A stretch of 64,000 nucleotides of DNA, from the NCBI GenBank assembly GCA_963807525.1, contig CAWECI010000025.1:95056-159055 (forward strand), written 5' to 3'. Below, piece by piece: positions 9,020-19,207 of the stretch. The DNA is from Candidatus Aminicenantes bacterium (GTDB taxonomy: Bacteria; Acidobacteriota; Aminicenantia; Aminicenantales; Saccharicenantaceae). Positions within the stretch are counted from its first letter, which is position 1. Each line of letters opens with the position of its first letter. A model generated the notes under the pieces. The model was not told where the DNA came from. It ran no database searches and worked only from the letters and a program-made list of their open reading frames with translations. The translations under genes were made by a program, and so were the position numbers.

Positions 9020-9292
9020 CTATCGACCTTTTTTATCATCCGGAGCCTCGGGCCCAATAAGCTCGGTGGCTTTTCCTTGGCTTAAACTTTTGGGATCCTC
9101 CGCTCCCTTGGCTATTTTCTGATCTCGGTTTCCGCTTCCTTCGATGCCCTTTTCTGTCGGCTCGCGCTTCTTCGATTCCAGACGCTTCTTTGTCGTTAGC
9201 TTCGCGGTCTTCTGCCATTTTGCCTCTCTCGCGATCTCCGCCTTTCCCCTCGCCACCCTGTATGCTGAGGCCGTTAAGCTTATTTTTGCCAT
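9020..9292 (-). CDS. Small Lys/Arg/Glu-rich hypothetical protein (90 aa)
   Basis: Strong SD TAAGGAGG about 10 nt before the ATG; no recognisable domain. Confidence 0.55.
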   Translation of the reverse strand: MAKISLTASAYRVARGKAEIAREAKWQKTAKLTTKKRLESKKREPTEKGIEGSGNRDQKIAKGAEDPKSLSQGKATELIGPEAPDDKKGR

Positions 9293-9724
9293 GATGCTGA
9301 AACCTCCTTACTGTTCTTGCCAGAATTGCCCATTCATCATCCAAGCCACTCAAGAAGGGCGCGAACACTCCCGGTGGCCAGGGCGATGCTCGAATCCGCC
9401 CCCAGTTCCGGTCCCTTGGCCAATAAGCGAAGAGAGGCAATCCCTCCGAAATTACCGCCTTTGCCGTGGACAGACCAGACCGGGGCCGAGTGTTTCGTGG
9501 TTGGAAGTTGAGCCACTCGGGATTACACAGACAACTCAGTATATCACAATCCTACGGTCGGCATCAGAGCCGCGCGTGCGCCCCGCCTTGCGGGTGCCTT
9601 CAAACTCGTTTGATAAAAGGGGAGTATCAGCGGCGCCGCAGGTGAGCACAATCTGAGCACAGGCGATTGGGCGCACCACCAAAATACATTTATTATAAGC
9701 AGGTTGAGAAGCTAGGCCAGTTGG

Positions 9725-9769
9725 TTCGTAATCAGCAGGTCGGAGGTTCGATCCCTCTCGCTGGCTCCA
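9725..9769 (+). repeat. attR: duplicated 3' 45 nt of tRNA-Thr
   Basis: ttcgtaatcagcaggtcggaggttcgatccctctcgctggctcca, identical to 7641-7685. Confidence 0.92.
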
Positions 9770-9804
9770 GCCATGCTTCCCCAACGGCAGTGGCGTTCCT
9801 CACG

Positions 9805-9833
9805 TTGACTTCCCTCCCGGGCGGCGTTATCCT
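9805..9833 (+). promoter_or_regulatory. Sigma70 promoter of the kinase gene
   Basis: TTGACT-N17-TATCCT. Confidence 0.55.
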
Positions 9834-9860
9834 TGCGCCAAGCCGGAAAGTCATCGGGCC

Positions 9861-12335
9861 ATGAAATGCCCCCAGTGTCACGCCGATAATCCCGATACGT
9901 CCCGGTTCTGCGGCAGCTGCGCCGCGCTCCTAGGCCAGGATAGCACGCCCATCGACTCCTTGACGAAAACTATTCAAATTCCTGCCCATGCGCTTTCAAA
10001 GGGCACCCTCATCGCCGGGAAGTACCGGATCGTCGACGAGATCGGCCGGGGCGGAATGGGGATCGTCTACAAGGCCGAAGACATCGTCCTTCAGCGCACC
10101 GTCGCCCTCAAATTCCTCCCGGCGCAGTGGACGGCCGATCCCGAAGCGAGAGAGCGGTTCGTCCACGAGGCTCGGGCTGCGTCGGCCCTCGACCACTCCA
10201 ACATCTGCAACATTCATGAGATCGGAGAGGCCGCAGACGATCGGATGTACATCGCCATGGCCTTCTATGAAGGGAAGAGCCTGAGGGAAAAGATCAAGCA
10301 AGGTCTCCTGAAGCAGGAGGAAGCCCTGGACATCGCCGTCCAGGCGGCCACGGGCCTGGCCAAAGCCCACCAGAAAGGCATTGTCCACCGCGACATCAAG
10401 CCGGCCAACATGATCATCACGTCCGACGGTGTGGTGAAGATCTTAGACTTCGGCCTGGCCAAGCTCGCCGGCCAGATCAAGCTGACCCGCGAGGGAACGA
10501 CCGTGGGCACGGTCGCCTACATGTCTCCGGAGCAGGCGAAAGGCGAAGCCGTCGACCAGCGCACCGACATCTGGTCGCTGGGAGTTGTCCTCTACGAGAT
10601 GCTCTCGGGGATCCTCCCGTTTAAAGGGGATTACGAGCGGACGTTGATCCATTCGATCCTTAACCAGGAGCCGGAACGCCTGGGCGGGCGCCGGAAAGAC
10701 CTCCCTGCGGGCCTGGAGAATATCGTCTTCAAGGCCTTGTCCAAGGATCCCATTGACCGATACCAGAGCATGGACGAGCTGGTCGAGGACCTCCAATCGG
10801 TCGTGGCGGGCTTGCAGCCGGTCCGGGCCTCCTCCATGTTCCTCCGCGGCCGGTTCCTGGGGCTCAAGAAGGTCTTCGCCTACCCGGCGATGGCGGGAAT
10901 ATCGATTCTGGCCATCGTCGCGTGGCTTCTCATCTTCCCCAAACGCGGCCAGGCCTTCGATTCGATCGCCGTCCTGCCCATCGAAAACCTCACGGGTGAC
11001 CCCGGCCAGGAATACTTCGTCGACGGCGCCACCGATGAGCTGATCGGGCAGCTGGCCCAGATCGGCTCCTTGCGCGTGATCTCCCGCACGTCGGTCATGA
11101 AATACAAGGCGCTGAAGATACCCGTGCCGGAGATCGCCCGCGAGCTTAACGTGAAGGCCGTCGTCGAGGGGACCGTGCATCGGGTCGGCGACAGAGTGCG
11201 GATCCGGGTGGAGCTGATCAAGGCCCTGCCCGAAGAGCGAAACATCTGGAACCAGACCTACGACCGGGCCATGGCCGACGTGCTTGTCATGTATAGCGAA
11301 ATGGCGCGAACGATCGCAGGCAAGATGCAGGTCAAGCTGGCCCCGCAGGAAGAAACGCGTCTGGCGGCCGTCCACCAGGTCAATCCCGAGGCCTACCAGG
11401 CCTATCTCCAAGGCCAGTTTCACTGGTACAAGCTCACCCGACCGGACCTCGACAGCGCGCTTCAGTATTTCGAATTGGCCTTGGCCAAGGACCCCGGCTA
11501 CGCCCAAGCCTATGCGGGAATTGCCAGCGTTTGGATCGGGCGCCAGCAACAGGGCTTTGTTCCAACCCGCGAATCGGCGCCGAAAGCGAAGGCGGCCGCC
11601 GCAAAGGCCCTGGAGCTCGACAGCATGCTCGCGGAAGTTCATGAAACTCTGGCGGGCATCAGAACATGGACAGATTGGGATTGGGAAGGCGGGGAGGCGG
11701 AGTACCGTCGGGCGATTGAACTCAATCCCAACCTCCCGGGGCCACGCGCCAGTATCTCGCATTTATTGAACATCCTGAAGCGCCCCGAGGAGGCGATGAC
11801 GCAAATCCAGCGGGCCCTCGAATTGGATCCTCTCAATGCGTTGTTCCGGGGTCATTACGCCATGGACCTGATGTACGCGCACCGGTATGACGACGTCATC
11901 GCCGTGATCCGCGAAACGCTCAAAACCTCGCCGAACGACCCCATCGCGTTGTCAACTCTCCGGTCCGCCTACCACATGAAACGCATGTACCCTGAAGCGA
12001 TTGAAGCGTGGAAAGCGTCGTATGCCGCGAGGGGGGATGAAGCGGCTGAGGAGGCCCTGGCGCGCGGCTTCAAAGAAGGCGGTTACCCGAGAGCTTTGCA
12101 GCGTGTGGCCGAGACACTGGCGGCGCGGGCGCGGACAGCCTATGTGCCGGCCTGGCAGATCGGCACGCTCTATACCCGGGCCGGGATGAAGGATGAAGCC
12201 CTCGACTGGCTGGAGAAGGCTTATCAAGCTCATGATCCCAACATGCCTTATATCAGCGTGGATCCCATATTTGACGACATCCGGGACGATCCGCGCTTCA
12301 GGGATCTTCTGCGCCGGATGAACCTGGAATACTGA
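9861..12335 (+). CDS. Hanks-type Ser/Thr protein kinase: N-terminal zinc ribbon, TM, TolB-N-like domain, TPR repeats
   Basis: CPQC..CGSC; GRGGMGIVYKA, VALKFL, HRDIKPAN, DFGLAK, GTVAYMSPEQ; TM AMAGISILAIVAWLLIF; SIAVLPIENLTGD; TPR-like helices. Confidence 0.94.
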   Translation: MKCPQCHADNPDTSRFCGSCAALLGQDSTPIDSLTKTIQIPAHALSKGTLIAGKYRIVDEIGRGGMGIVYKAEDIVLQRTVALKFLPAQWTADPEARERFVHEARAASALDHSNICNIHEIGEAADDRMYIAMAFYEGKSLREKIKQGLLKQEEALDIAVQAATGLAKAHQKGIVHRDIKPANMIITSDGVVKILDFGLAKLAGQIKLTREGTTVGTVAYMSPEQAKGEAVDQRTDIWSLGVVLYEMLSGILPFKGDYERTLIHSILNQEPERLGGRRKDLPAGLENIVFKALSKDPIDRYQSMDELVEDLQSVVAGLQPVRASSMFLRGRFLGLKKVFAYPAMAGISILAIVAWLLIFPKRGQAFDSIAVLPIENLTGDPGQEYFVDGATDELIGQLAQIGSLRVISRTSVMKYKALKIPVPEIARELNVKAVVEGTVHRVGDRVRIRVELIKALPEERNIWNQTYDRAMADVLVMYSEMARTIAGKMQVKLAPQEETRLAAVHQVNPEAYQAYLQGQFHWYKLTRPDLDSALQYFELALAKDPGYAQAYAGIASVWIGRQQQGFVPTRESAPKAKAAAAKALELDSMLAEVHETLAGIRTWTDWDWEGGEAEYRRAIELNPNLPGPRASISHLLNILKRPEEAMTQIQRALELDPLNALFRGHYAMDLMYAHRYDDVIAVIRETLKTSPNDPIALSTLRSAYHMKRMYPEAIEAWKASYAARGDEAAEEALARGFKEGGYPRALQRVAETLAARARTAYVPAWQIGTLYTRAGMKDEALDWLEKAYQAHDPNMPYISVDPIFDDIRDDPRFRDLLRRMNLEY

Positions 12336-12424
12336 CCTCCATGGAAACTCCAGGAATTCTTCTTAAAAACCCCAATTCGGCTATAATAGTTAAAAGACAT
12401 CGCAAATTTTCGAGGGAGGAAATC

Positions 12425-13009
12425 ATGAAGCGTTTTGGCCTGGCCATCGGTGTTATCCTGGTCCTGGCTCTCGTCTTAGCTCTGCCTTCCCCATCATCCG
12501 CCCAGGGGCCTAAAGTGGCGGCAAGCCTCAAAGCTAGCGTGATGCAAAGGTTGGGAACGGATTGCGATATCACCATCGATTACAGCCGGCCCGGGGTCAA
12601 GGGCCGGAAGATCTGGGGCGGCCTGGTCCCATACGGCATGACCCCTGGAAATCAATATTCCAAGAACAAGCCCTTTCCCTGGAGGGCCGGCGCCAACGAG
12701 AACACGACCATTGAATTCAAGAAGGACGTCCTCGTCGAGGGGAAGCCTCTTCCGGCCGGGAAGTACGGCCTCCATATGATCCCCGGCGAAAAGGAATGGA
12801 CGATCATCTTCAGCAAGAAGAACGCCGACTGGGGAAGCTTCGCCTACGACCAGGCCGAGGATGCCCTCCGCGTCACGGTCACTCCCGTCATAGCCCCCCA
12901 CCAGGAGTGGTTGATGTTCGGGTTCGATGATCTGGCCGGGACATCGGCGACCGCCTACCTCCACTGGGAACAGCTGAAAGTCCCCTTCAAGATCCAGGTC
13001 GCGAAATAG
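12425..13009 (+). CDS. DUF2911 domain exported protein
   Basis: SD GGAGG before ATG 12425; signal peptide; ASVMQRLG, IDYSRPGVKGRKIWGGLVPYG, WRAGANENT, AGKYGLHMIP. Confidence 0.85.
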   Translation: MKRFGLAIGVILVLALVLALPSPSSAQGPKVAASLKASVMQRLGTDCDITIDYSRPGVKGRKIWGGLVPYGMTPGNQYSKNKPFPWRAGANENTTIEFKKDVLVEGKPLPAGKYGLHMIPGEKEWTIIFSKKNADWGSFAYDQAEDALRVTVTPVIAPHQEWLMFGFDDLAGTSATAYLHWEQLKVPFKIQVAK

Positions 13010-13063
13010 CTGCAGCAGGGTCTCCCGGAACGGCTTAACTGGGGCGCGCACGCGTTGCGGCCG

Positions 13064-15574
13064 ATGAACGGGACTATCCTCAAGAAGCTCATCACCATGG
13101 CCGTGGGATTGGCCCTGTTTCCCAGCATTCACGGGCTGGCCCAGCCGGCCGGGATCGTCGGTTCCGCCGATCTCGAGATCGCGCTTCACAAGCTCGACGT
13201 CCTCGGCAGCGTCCTCTACGTGGCCGCCCACCCGGACGATGAAAACACGGCCGTCCTGTCTTATTTCTCGAAGGGGCTAAAATTCCGGACGGCCTACCTG
13301 TCCCTTACGCGCGGCGAAGGCGGCCAGAATCTGATCGGCCCCGAGCAGGGCGCCGAGATCGGCATCATCCGGACCCAGGAGCTCCTGTCGGCCCGCCGGA
13401 TCGACGGAGCCGAACAGTACTTCACGCGCGCCGTCGATTTCGGCTATTCCAAAACGGCCGAGGAGACATTCGAGTTTTGGGGAAAAGAAAGAGTCCTGTC
13501 GGACATCGTCTGGGTGATCCGGAAGTTCCGGCCGGACGTGATCATCACCCGCTTTACCCCGGACAACGCCGGCGGCCATGGCCACCACCGGGCGTCCGCG
13601 ATCCTGGCCCAAGAGGCCTTCGCCGCCGCCGCTGACCCGGCGAGATTCCCGGAACAACTGAAGTATGTGTCGCCATGGAAGGCCAGGCGGCTGTTCTGGA
13701 ACGGTTTTCCCCAGGCCAAGGACGAAACCCGGAACATGTTGCGGCTCGACACGGGCGAATACAATCCGCTGCTGGGGAAATCCTATAACGAGATGGCCGC
13801 GGAGGGCCGTTCCCAACATAAGAGCCAGGGATTCGGCTCGGCCGCGCGACGCGGCACCCAGTACGAATATTTCGATCTCCTGGCCGGGGAGCCGGCGAAG
13901 AACGGCCTTTTCGAGGGGATCGACGTCACTTGGGACCGCGTCCCTGGCGGACACAAGGTGGGTGTCCTCCTCGCCGAAACCTCGAAGTCGTTCGATCCGG
14001 AGCGTCCATCAAAGTCCATCCCCGGCCTGCTGGCTGTCTATGGAGAATTGGCCAAGCTCCCCGACGAGAATTGGGTCCGTCTCAAGAAAGAGGAATTGGC
14101 CCGCGTCATCCAGGCCTGTGGCGGGATCTGGATGGAGGCCATGGCCGGTGATTTCGCCGCAGCGCCGGGGGACGAGATCCATGTCAAAACGACGATCATC
14201 AACCGGTCCGACAAGCCCTTCGCCATCCACAGCCTGAGCTTCCCGAAACTGGGGCCGGAGACGATCCTCGACCGGACCCTCAATGACAACGAGCCCGCGG
14301 TCATCGAAGACACCCTCAGGATCCCCAGGGATTTTCCGCTGTCTCAGCCCTATTGGCTGGACGCCGCTCATCAGGAGGGTCTCTTTTCGGTCGGAGACCA
14401 GAATCTCATCGGACTCGCTGAAAACCCGCCTGCCATCGTCGCCAAGATCACGCTCACCGCCGACGGCCATCTCCTGGAATATTCCCTCCCCCTGGCCTTC
14501 CGCTGGACGGACCAGGTCAACGGCGAGCTCCTGCGGCCCTTCGAGGTCCGGCCGCGCCTGACGATCAAGATCGACGATAAGGTCCAGATCTTCGCCGGCC
14601 TTAGTTCCAAGAGGATCAAGCTCCGGCTGAAGAGTCAATCCCCGAACGTGGCCGGTGAAATCCGGCTCAAGGGGCCGGACCGGTGGAAAGTCAGCCCGGC
14701 CAGCCTGTCTTTTTCACTGGCCGGCAAATATGAAGAGTGCGAGGTCGCGTTTGACGTGACCCCGCCGAAGGCCGCCGACGAGAGCGACCTCGTGGCGGAA
14801 GCCGAGGTCGGAGGCGAGACGATCAGCCGGGAGCTGGTCGAGATCTCCTACCCTCACATTCGCCGCCAGGTCTATTTCCCAGAGAGCCGGTTCAAGGTCG
14901 TCAAGCTGGACATCAAAACGGACGGGAAGAGGATCGGCTACATCATGGGGGCGGGGGACGAGATCCCCAACGCCCTTCGAAATCTCGGCTATGACGTCCT
15001 CGAGCTCGGCGACGACATGGTCGAAAACGCGGACCTCTCTCCCTTTGACGCCATCATCGCCGGGGTCAGGGCCTATAACACGCGGGACGTCCTCAAGCTC
15101 GCGAATGAGAGGCTTCTCCAGTACGTCGAGCGCGGCGGGACGCTCGTCGTCCAGTATAACGTGGCCTCCGGCTCGCTGGCCGACCGCATCGGCCCTTATC
15201 CCTTCACGATCGGGAGGGACCGGGTGAGCGTCGAAACCGCGCCGGTCGTCTTTCTGGCTCCCGATCATCCGCTCCTCAACCTTCCCAACAAGATCACGCC
15301 CGCGGATTTCGAGGGCTGGATCCAGGAGCGGGGCCTGAATTTCGCCTCCCAGTGGGACGAACGATATGAGACAGTCCTCGCCTGCCACGATCCCGACGAG
15401 CCCGACAAGAAGGGCGGCCTGCTCTACACCCACTACGGGAAAGGGATCTTCATCTACACCGGCTATGCCTGGTTCCGGCAGCTGCCGGCCGGCGTGCCGG
15501 GCGCGTATCGGCTTTTCGCCAACATCATTTCGGCGGGGAAAACCACTGGAAAACCACCCGACGGAAAGAACTGA
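13064..15574 (+). CDS. Exported PIG-L/LmbE-family deacetylase, multidomain (Ig-like middle, C-terminal GATase-like domain)
   Basis: Signal-like N-terminus; AAHPDDEN, LTRGEGGQN, RTQELLSARRIDG, GHGHH; C-terminal YIMGAGD..LVVQYN..YTGYAWFRQLPAGVPGAYRLFAN. Alternative TTG start at 13055. Confidence 0.88.
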   Translation: MNGTILKKLITMAVGLALFPSIHGLAQPAGIVGSADLEIALHKLDVLGSVLYVAAHPDDENTAVLSYFSKGLKFRTAYLSLTRGEGGQNLIGPEQGAEIGIIRTQELLSARRIDGAEQYFTRAVDFGYSKTAEETFEFWGKERVLSDIVWVIRKFRPDVIITRFTPDNAGGHGHHRASAILAQEAFAAAADPARFPEQLKYVSPWKARRLFWNGFPQAKDETRNMLRLDTGEYNPLLGKSYNEMAAEGRSQHKSQGFGSAARRGTQYEYFDLLAGEPAKNGLFEGIDVTWDRVPGGHKVGVLLAETSKSFDPERPSKSIPGLLAVYGELAKLPDENWVRLKKEELARVIQACGGIWMEAMAGDFAAAPGDEIHVKTTIINRSDKPFAIHSLSFPKLGPETILDRTLNDNEPAVIEDTLRIPRDFPLSQPYWLDAAHQEGLFSVGDQNLIGLAENPPAIVAKITLTADGHLLEYSLPLAFRWTDQVNGELLRPFEVRPRLTIKIDDKVQIFAGLSSKRIKLRLKSQSPNVAGEIRLKGPDRWKVSPASLSFSLAGKYEECEVAFDVTPPKAADESDLVAEAEVGGETISRELVEISYPHIRRQVYFPESRFKVVKLDIKTDGKRIGYIMGAGDEIPNALRNLGYDVLELGDDMVENADLSPFDAIIAGVRAYNTRDVLKLANERLLQYVERGGTLVVQYNVASGSLADRIGPYPFTIGRDRVSVETAPVVFLAPDHPLLNLPNKITPADFEGWIQERGLNFASQWDERYETVLACHDPDEPDKKGGLLYTHYGKGIFIYTGYAWFRQLPAGVPGAYRLFANIISAGKTTGKPPDGKN

Positions 15575-15692
15575 GGGCGAGCGGGAGCGGCCTCCTTTCT
15601 TCTCGTCGTGGGGACGCCTGTACGCAGCCGTCCTGTTGAATCTGGCCCTCCAGATCCTTCTCTTCTATATTTTCACCAAGGCATTCAGGTAG
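15546..15692 (+). CDS. Small single-TM protein (48 aa), symporter small-subunit-like; CTG start
   Basis: (M)ENHPTERTEGERERPPFFSSWGRLYAAVLLNLALQILLFYIFTKAFR; overlaps the deacetylase stop and abuts the bshC ATG. Confidence 0.6.
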   Translation: MENHPTERTEGERERPPFFSSWGRLYAAVLLNLALQILLFYIFTKAFR

Positions 15693-17309
<1,617 letters not shown>

Positions 17310-17336
17310 AGGATCCTGTCCGAAAAGGAGACGGCT

Positions 17337-18074
17337 ATGGATTTGGACGCTCTGGCGTTTGGGGCCCACGCTGATGACGTGGAACTCGGCTGCGGCGGCA
17401 CGCTGGTCAAACTGTCGGGACTGGGCCACAGCACGGGCGTTGTTGTGCTGACCCGGGGGGAGATGGCGACGCAGGGCAGTGCCGAGATCCGGGGCCGGGA
17501 GTTCACGAACGCCGCGACGATCCTGGGCCTGAAGGTCCATCGGATGTTGGACATCCCCGACGGGCGGGTCGAGGTGACGTGGGAGAACAAGCTCAAGATC
17601 ATCGGCGTTCTGCGCGCCCATAAGCCGAAAATCGTTTTCGCGCCCTATTGGGTCGACCGTCACCCGGACCACGAGCAGGCCTCGCATCTTGTGCGCCAGG
17701 CGGCCTACCTCTCGGGATTGAGGAAGATCGAAACGGATGAGCCGCCCTTCCGGCCCTATAAGATCATCTATTATCAGACTCGGTTTGAGTTCACCCCCTC
17801 CTTTATTGTCGATATCTCCGGCGTGCACGACGTGAAGATGAGGGCCGTCCGGGCCTATGGATCCCAATTCCACCGTCCCGGCCAGGCCGAACCCGGGAGC
17901 GACGGAACGCTCATCGGCCGGCCCGAATTCCTGGACTCCATCGAGATCCGGGCCAGGCACTACGGCGCCCAGATCGGCGCCAAGTTCGGCGAGCCCTTTC
18001 TGGTCAGGGAGGCCATCGGAGTGGAGGACCCCGTCGGATTCTTCGGACCCGAGTACCTATGGACGATCCCATGA
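17337..18074 (+). CDS. bshB1: Bacillithiol biosynthesis deacetylase
   Basis: LAFGAHADDVELGCGGT, TRGEMATQG, DRHPDH, AVRAYGSQF, RARHYG..AEPF; lies between bshC and bshA. Confidence 0.9.
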   Translation: MDLDALAFGAHADDVELGCGGTLVKLSGLGHSTGVVVLTRGEMATQGSAEIRGREFTNAATILGLKVHRMLDIPDGRVEVTWENKLKIIGVLRAHKPKIVFAPYWVDRHPDHEQASHLVRQAAYLSGLRKIETDEPPFRPYKIIYYQTRFEFTPSFIVDISGVHDVKMRAVRAYGSQFHRPGQAEPGSDGTLIGRPEFLDSIEIRARHYGAQIGAKFGEPFLVREAIGVEDPVGFFGPEYLWTIP

Positions 18075-19204
18075 GGTCCGCCATGAAGATCGGGATCGTC
18101 TGCTATCCGACGCACGGCGGGAGCGGGGTCGTGGCCTCGGAGCTGGCCATCGGCCTGGCCAAGAAGGGCCACGAGATCCATATCATCAGCTATGCCACGC
18201 CGTTCCGACTGCGCACGTTTTACCGGAATATTTTCGTCCACGAGATCGAGGTTACGACATATCCGCTGTTCAAGTATCCGCCGTACGAATTGAGCCTGGT
18301 CACCAAGCTGGTCGAGATCGCGGAGACGCGCGGCCTCGACATCATCCACGCCCATTACGCCGTGCCTCATGCCGCCAGCGCCTACCTGGCCAGGCAGATC
18401 CTCAATTCTGAGTGCTTGAAGACCATCACGACCCTCCACGGCACGGACATCACCCTCGTCGGCGCCGACCCGTCCTTTGCCCGGGTGGTCAAGTTCGCCA
18501 TCGATCAATCCGACGGCGTCACGGCCGTTTCCCGCTACCTCATGCAGCGCACGGTCGAGGAATTCGACATCCGCCGCGAGATCCGGGTCATCCCCAACTT
18601 TGTCGAGATCGCCAGGCCGGCGCAGAATCGCGACCTGTGCTCACGGGAGACGCTGGCGCCGAAGGGGGAGAAGATCCTGATGCACGCGTCCAATTTCCGT
18701 CCTGTGAAACGGATCGCGGACGTTGTCCGCATCTTCGCCAGGGTCCGCGAGCGCGTCCCGGCCAAGCTCATCCTGATCGGCGACGGGCCGGAGCGGCTGT
18801 TCATCCAGCAGCTCGTTCGGGAGCTGAAGCTCAACGCCGACGTCCAGTTCATGGGTGAACAGGACCAGCTCGAGGCCCTCTTTCTCTGTGCCGATCTGTT
18901 CCTCCTGCCGAGCGAGCAGGAAAGCTTCGGCCTCACCGCCCTCGAGGCCATGAACTGCGGCGTCCCGGTGATCGGCACCGCGATCGGGGGCCTGCCCGAG
19001 GTCATCATGCACGGGGAGACAGGGTACCTGTTCCCCGTCGGCGACATCGCGGAGATGGCGGCGAGTGCCGTGGCCCTTCTCGGCGACCCGGCGAGGCACG
19101 CCCTTTTCAGGGCGCAGGCCCGGAAGCGGGCCGAGCAATTCTTTGACGCCGACCGGATCATTCCGCTTTATGAAGCCTTTTATGAAGAAATCCTGAGATC
19201 CTAG
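18071..19204 (+). CDS. bshA: N-acetyl-alpha-D-glucosaminyl L-malate synthase
   Basis: KIGIVCYPTHGGSGVVASELA, HAHYAVPHA, TTLHGTDITLVG, SNFRPVKR, ESFGLTALEAM; alternative start 18083. Confidence 0.93.
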   Translation: MRSAMKIGIVCYPTHGGSGVVASELAIGLAKKGHEIHIISYATPFRLRTFYRNIFVHEIEVTTYPLFKYPPYELSLVTKLVEIAETRGLDIIHAHYAVPHAASAYLARQILNSECLKTITTLHGTDITLVGADPSFARVVKFAIDQSDGVTAVSRYLMQRTVEEFDIRREIRVIPNFVEIARPAQNRDLCSRETLAPKGEKILMHASNFRPVKRIADVVRIFARVRERVPAKLILIGDGPERLFIQQLVRELKLNADVQFMGEQDQLEALFLCADLFLLPSEQESFGLTALEAMNCGVPVIGTAIGGLPEVIMHGETGYLFPVGDIAEMAASAVALLGDPARHALFRAQARKRAEQFFDADRIIPLYEAFYEEILRS

Positions 19205-19207
19205 CGT

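Larger units (their letters stand above)
7641..9769. mobile_element. tRNA-integrated genomic islet (attL 7641-7685, attR 9725-9769), no integrase
   Basis: Exact 45-bp direct repeat of the tRNA 3' half; interior visibly more AT-rich than the flanks. Confidence 0.82.

Noticed and set aside
9500-9656. Possible tyrosine-integrase C-terminal remnant (LSHS / ITQTTQY across frames)
   Set aside because: The resemblance needs a frameshift and covers few residues; a translated HMM search is needed.
9725-9769. Second tRNA-Thr gene
   Set aside because: Only the 3' 45 nt are present, with no acceptor 5' strand or D-arm; it is an att site.
9536-9784. 82-aa minus-strand ORF
   Set aside because: It begins as the antisense of the tRNA-derived attR (WSQREGSNLRP); typical spurious ORF.
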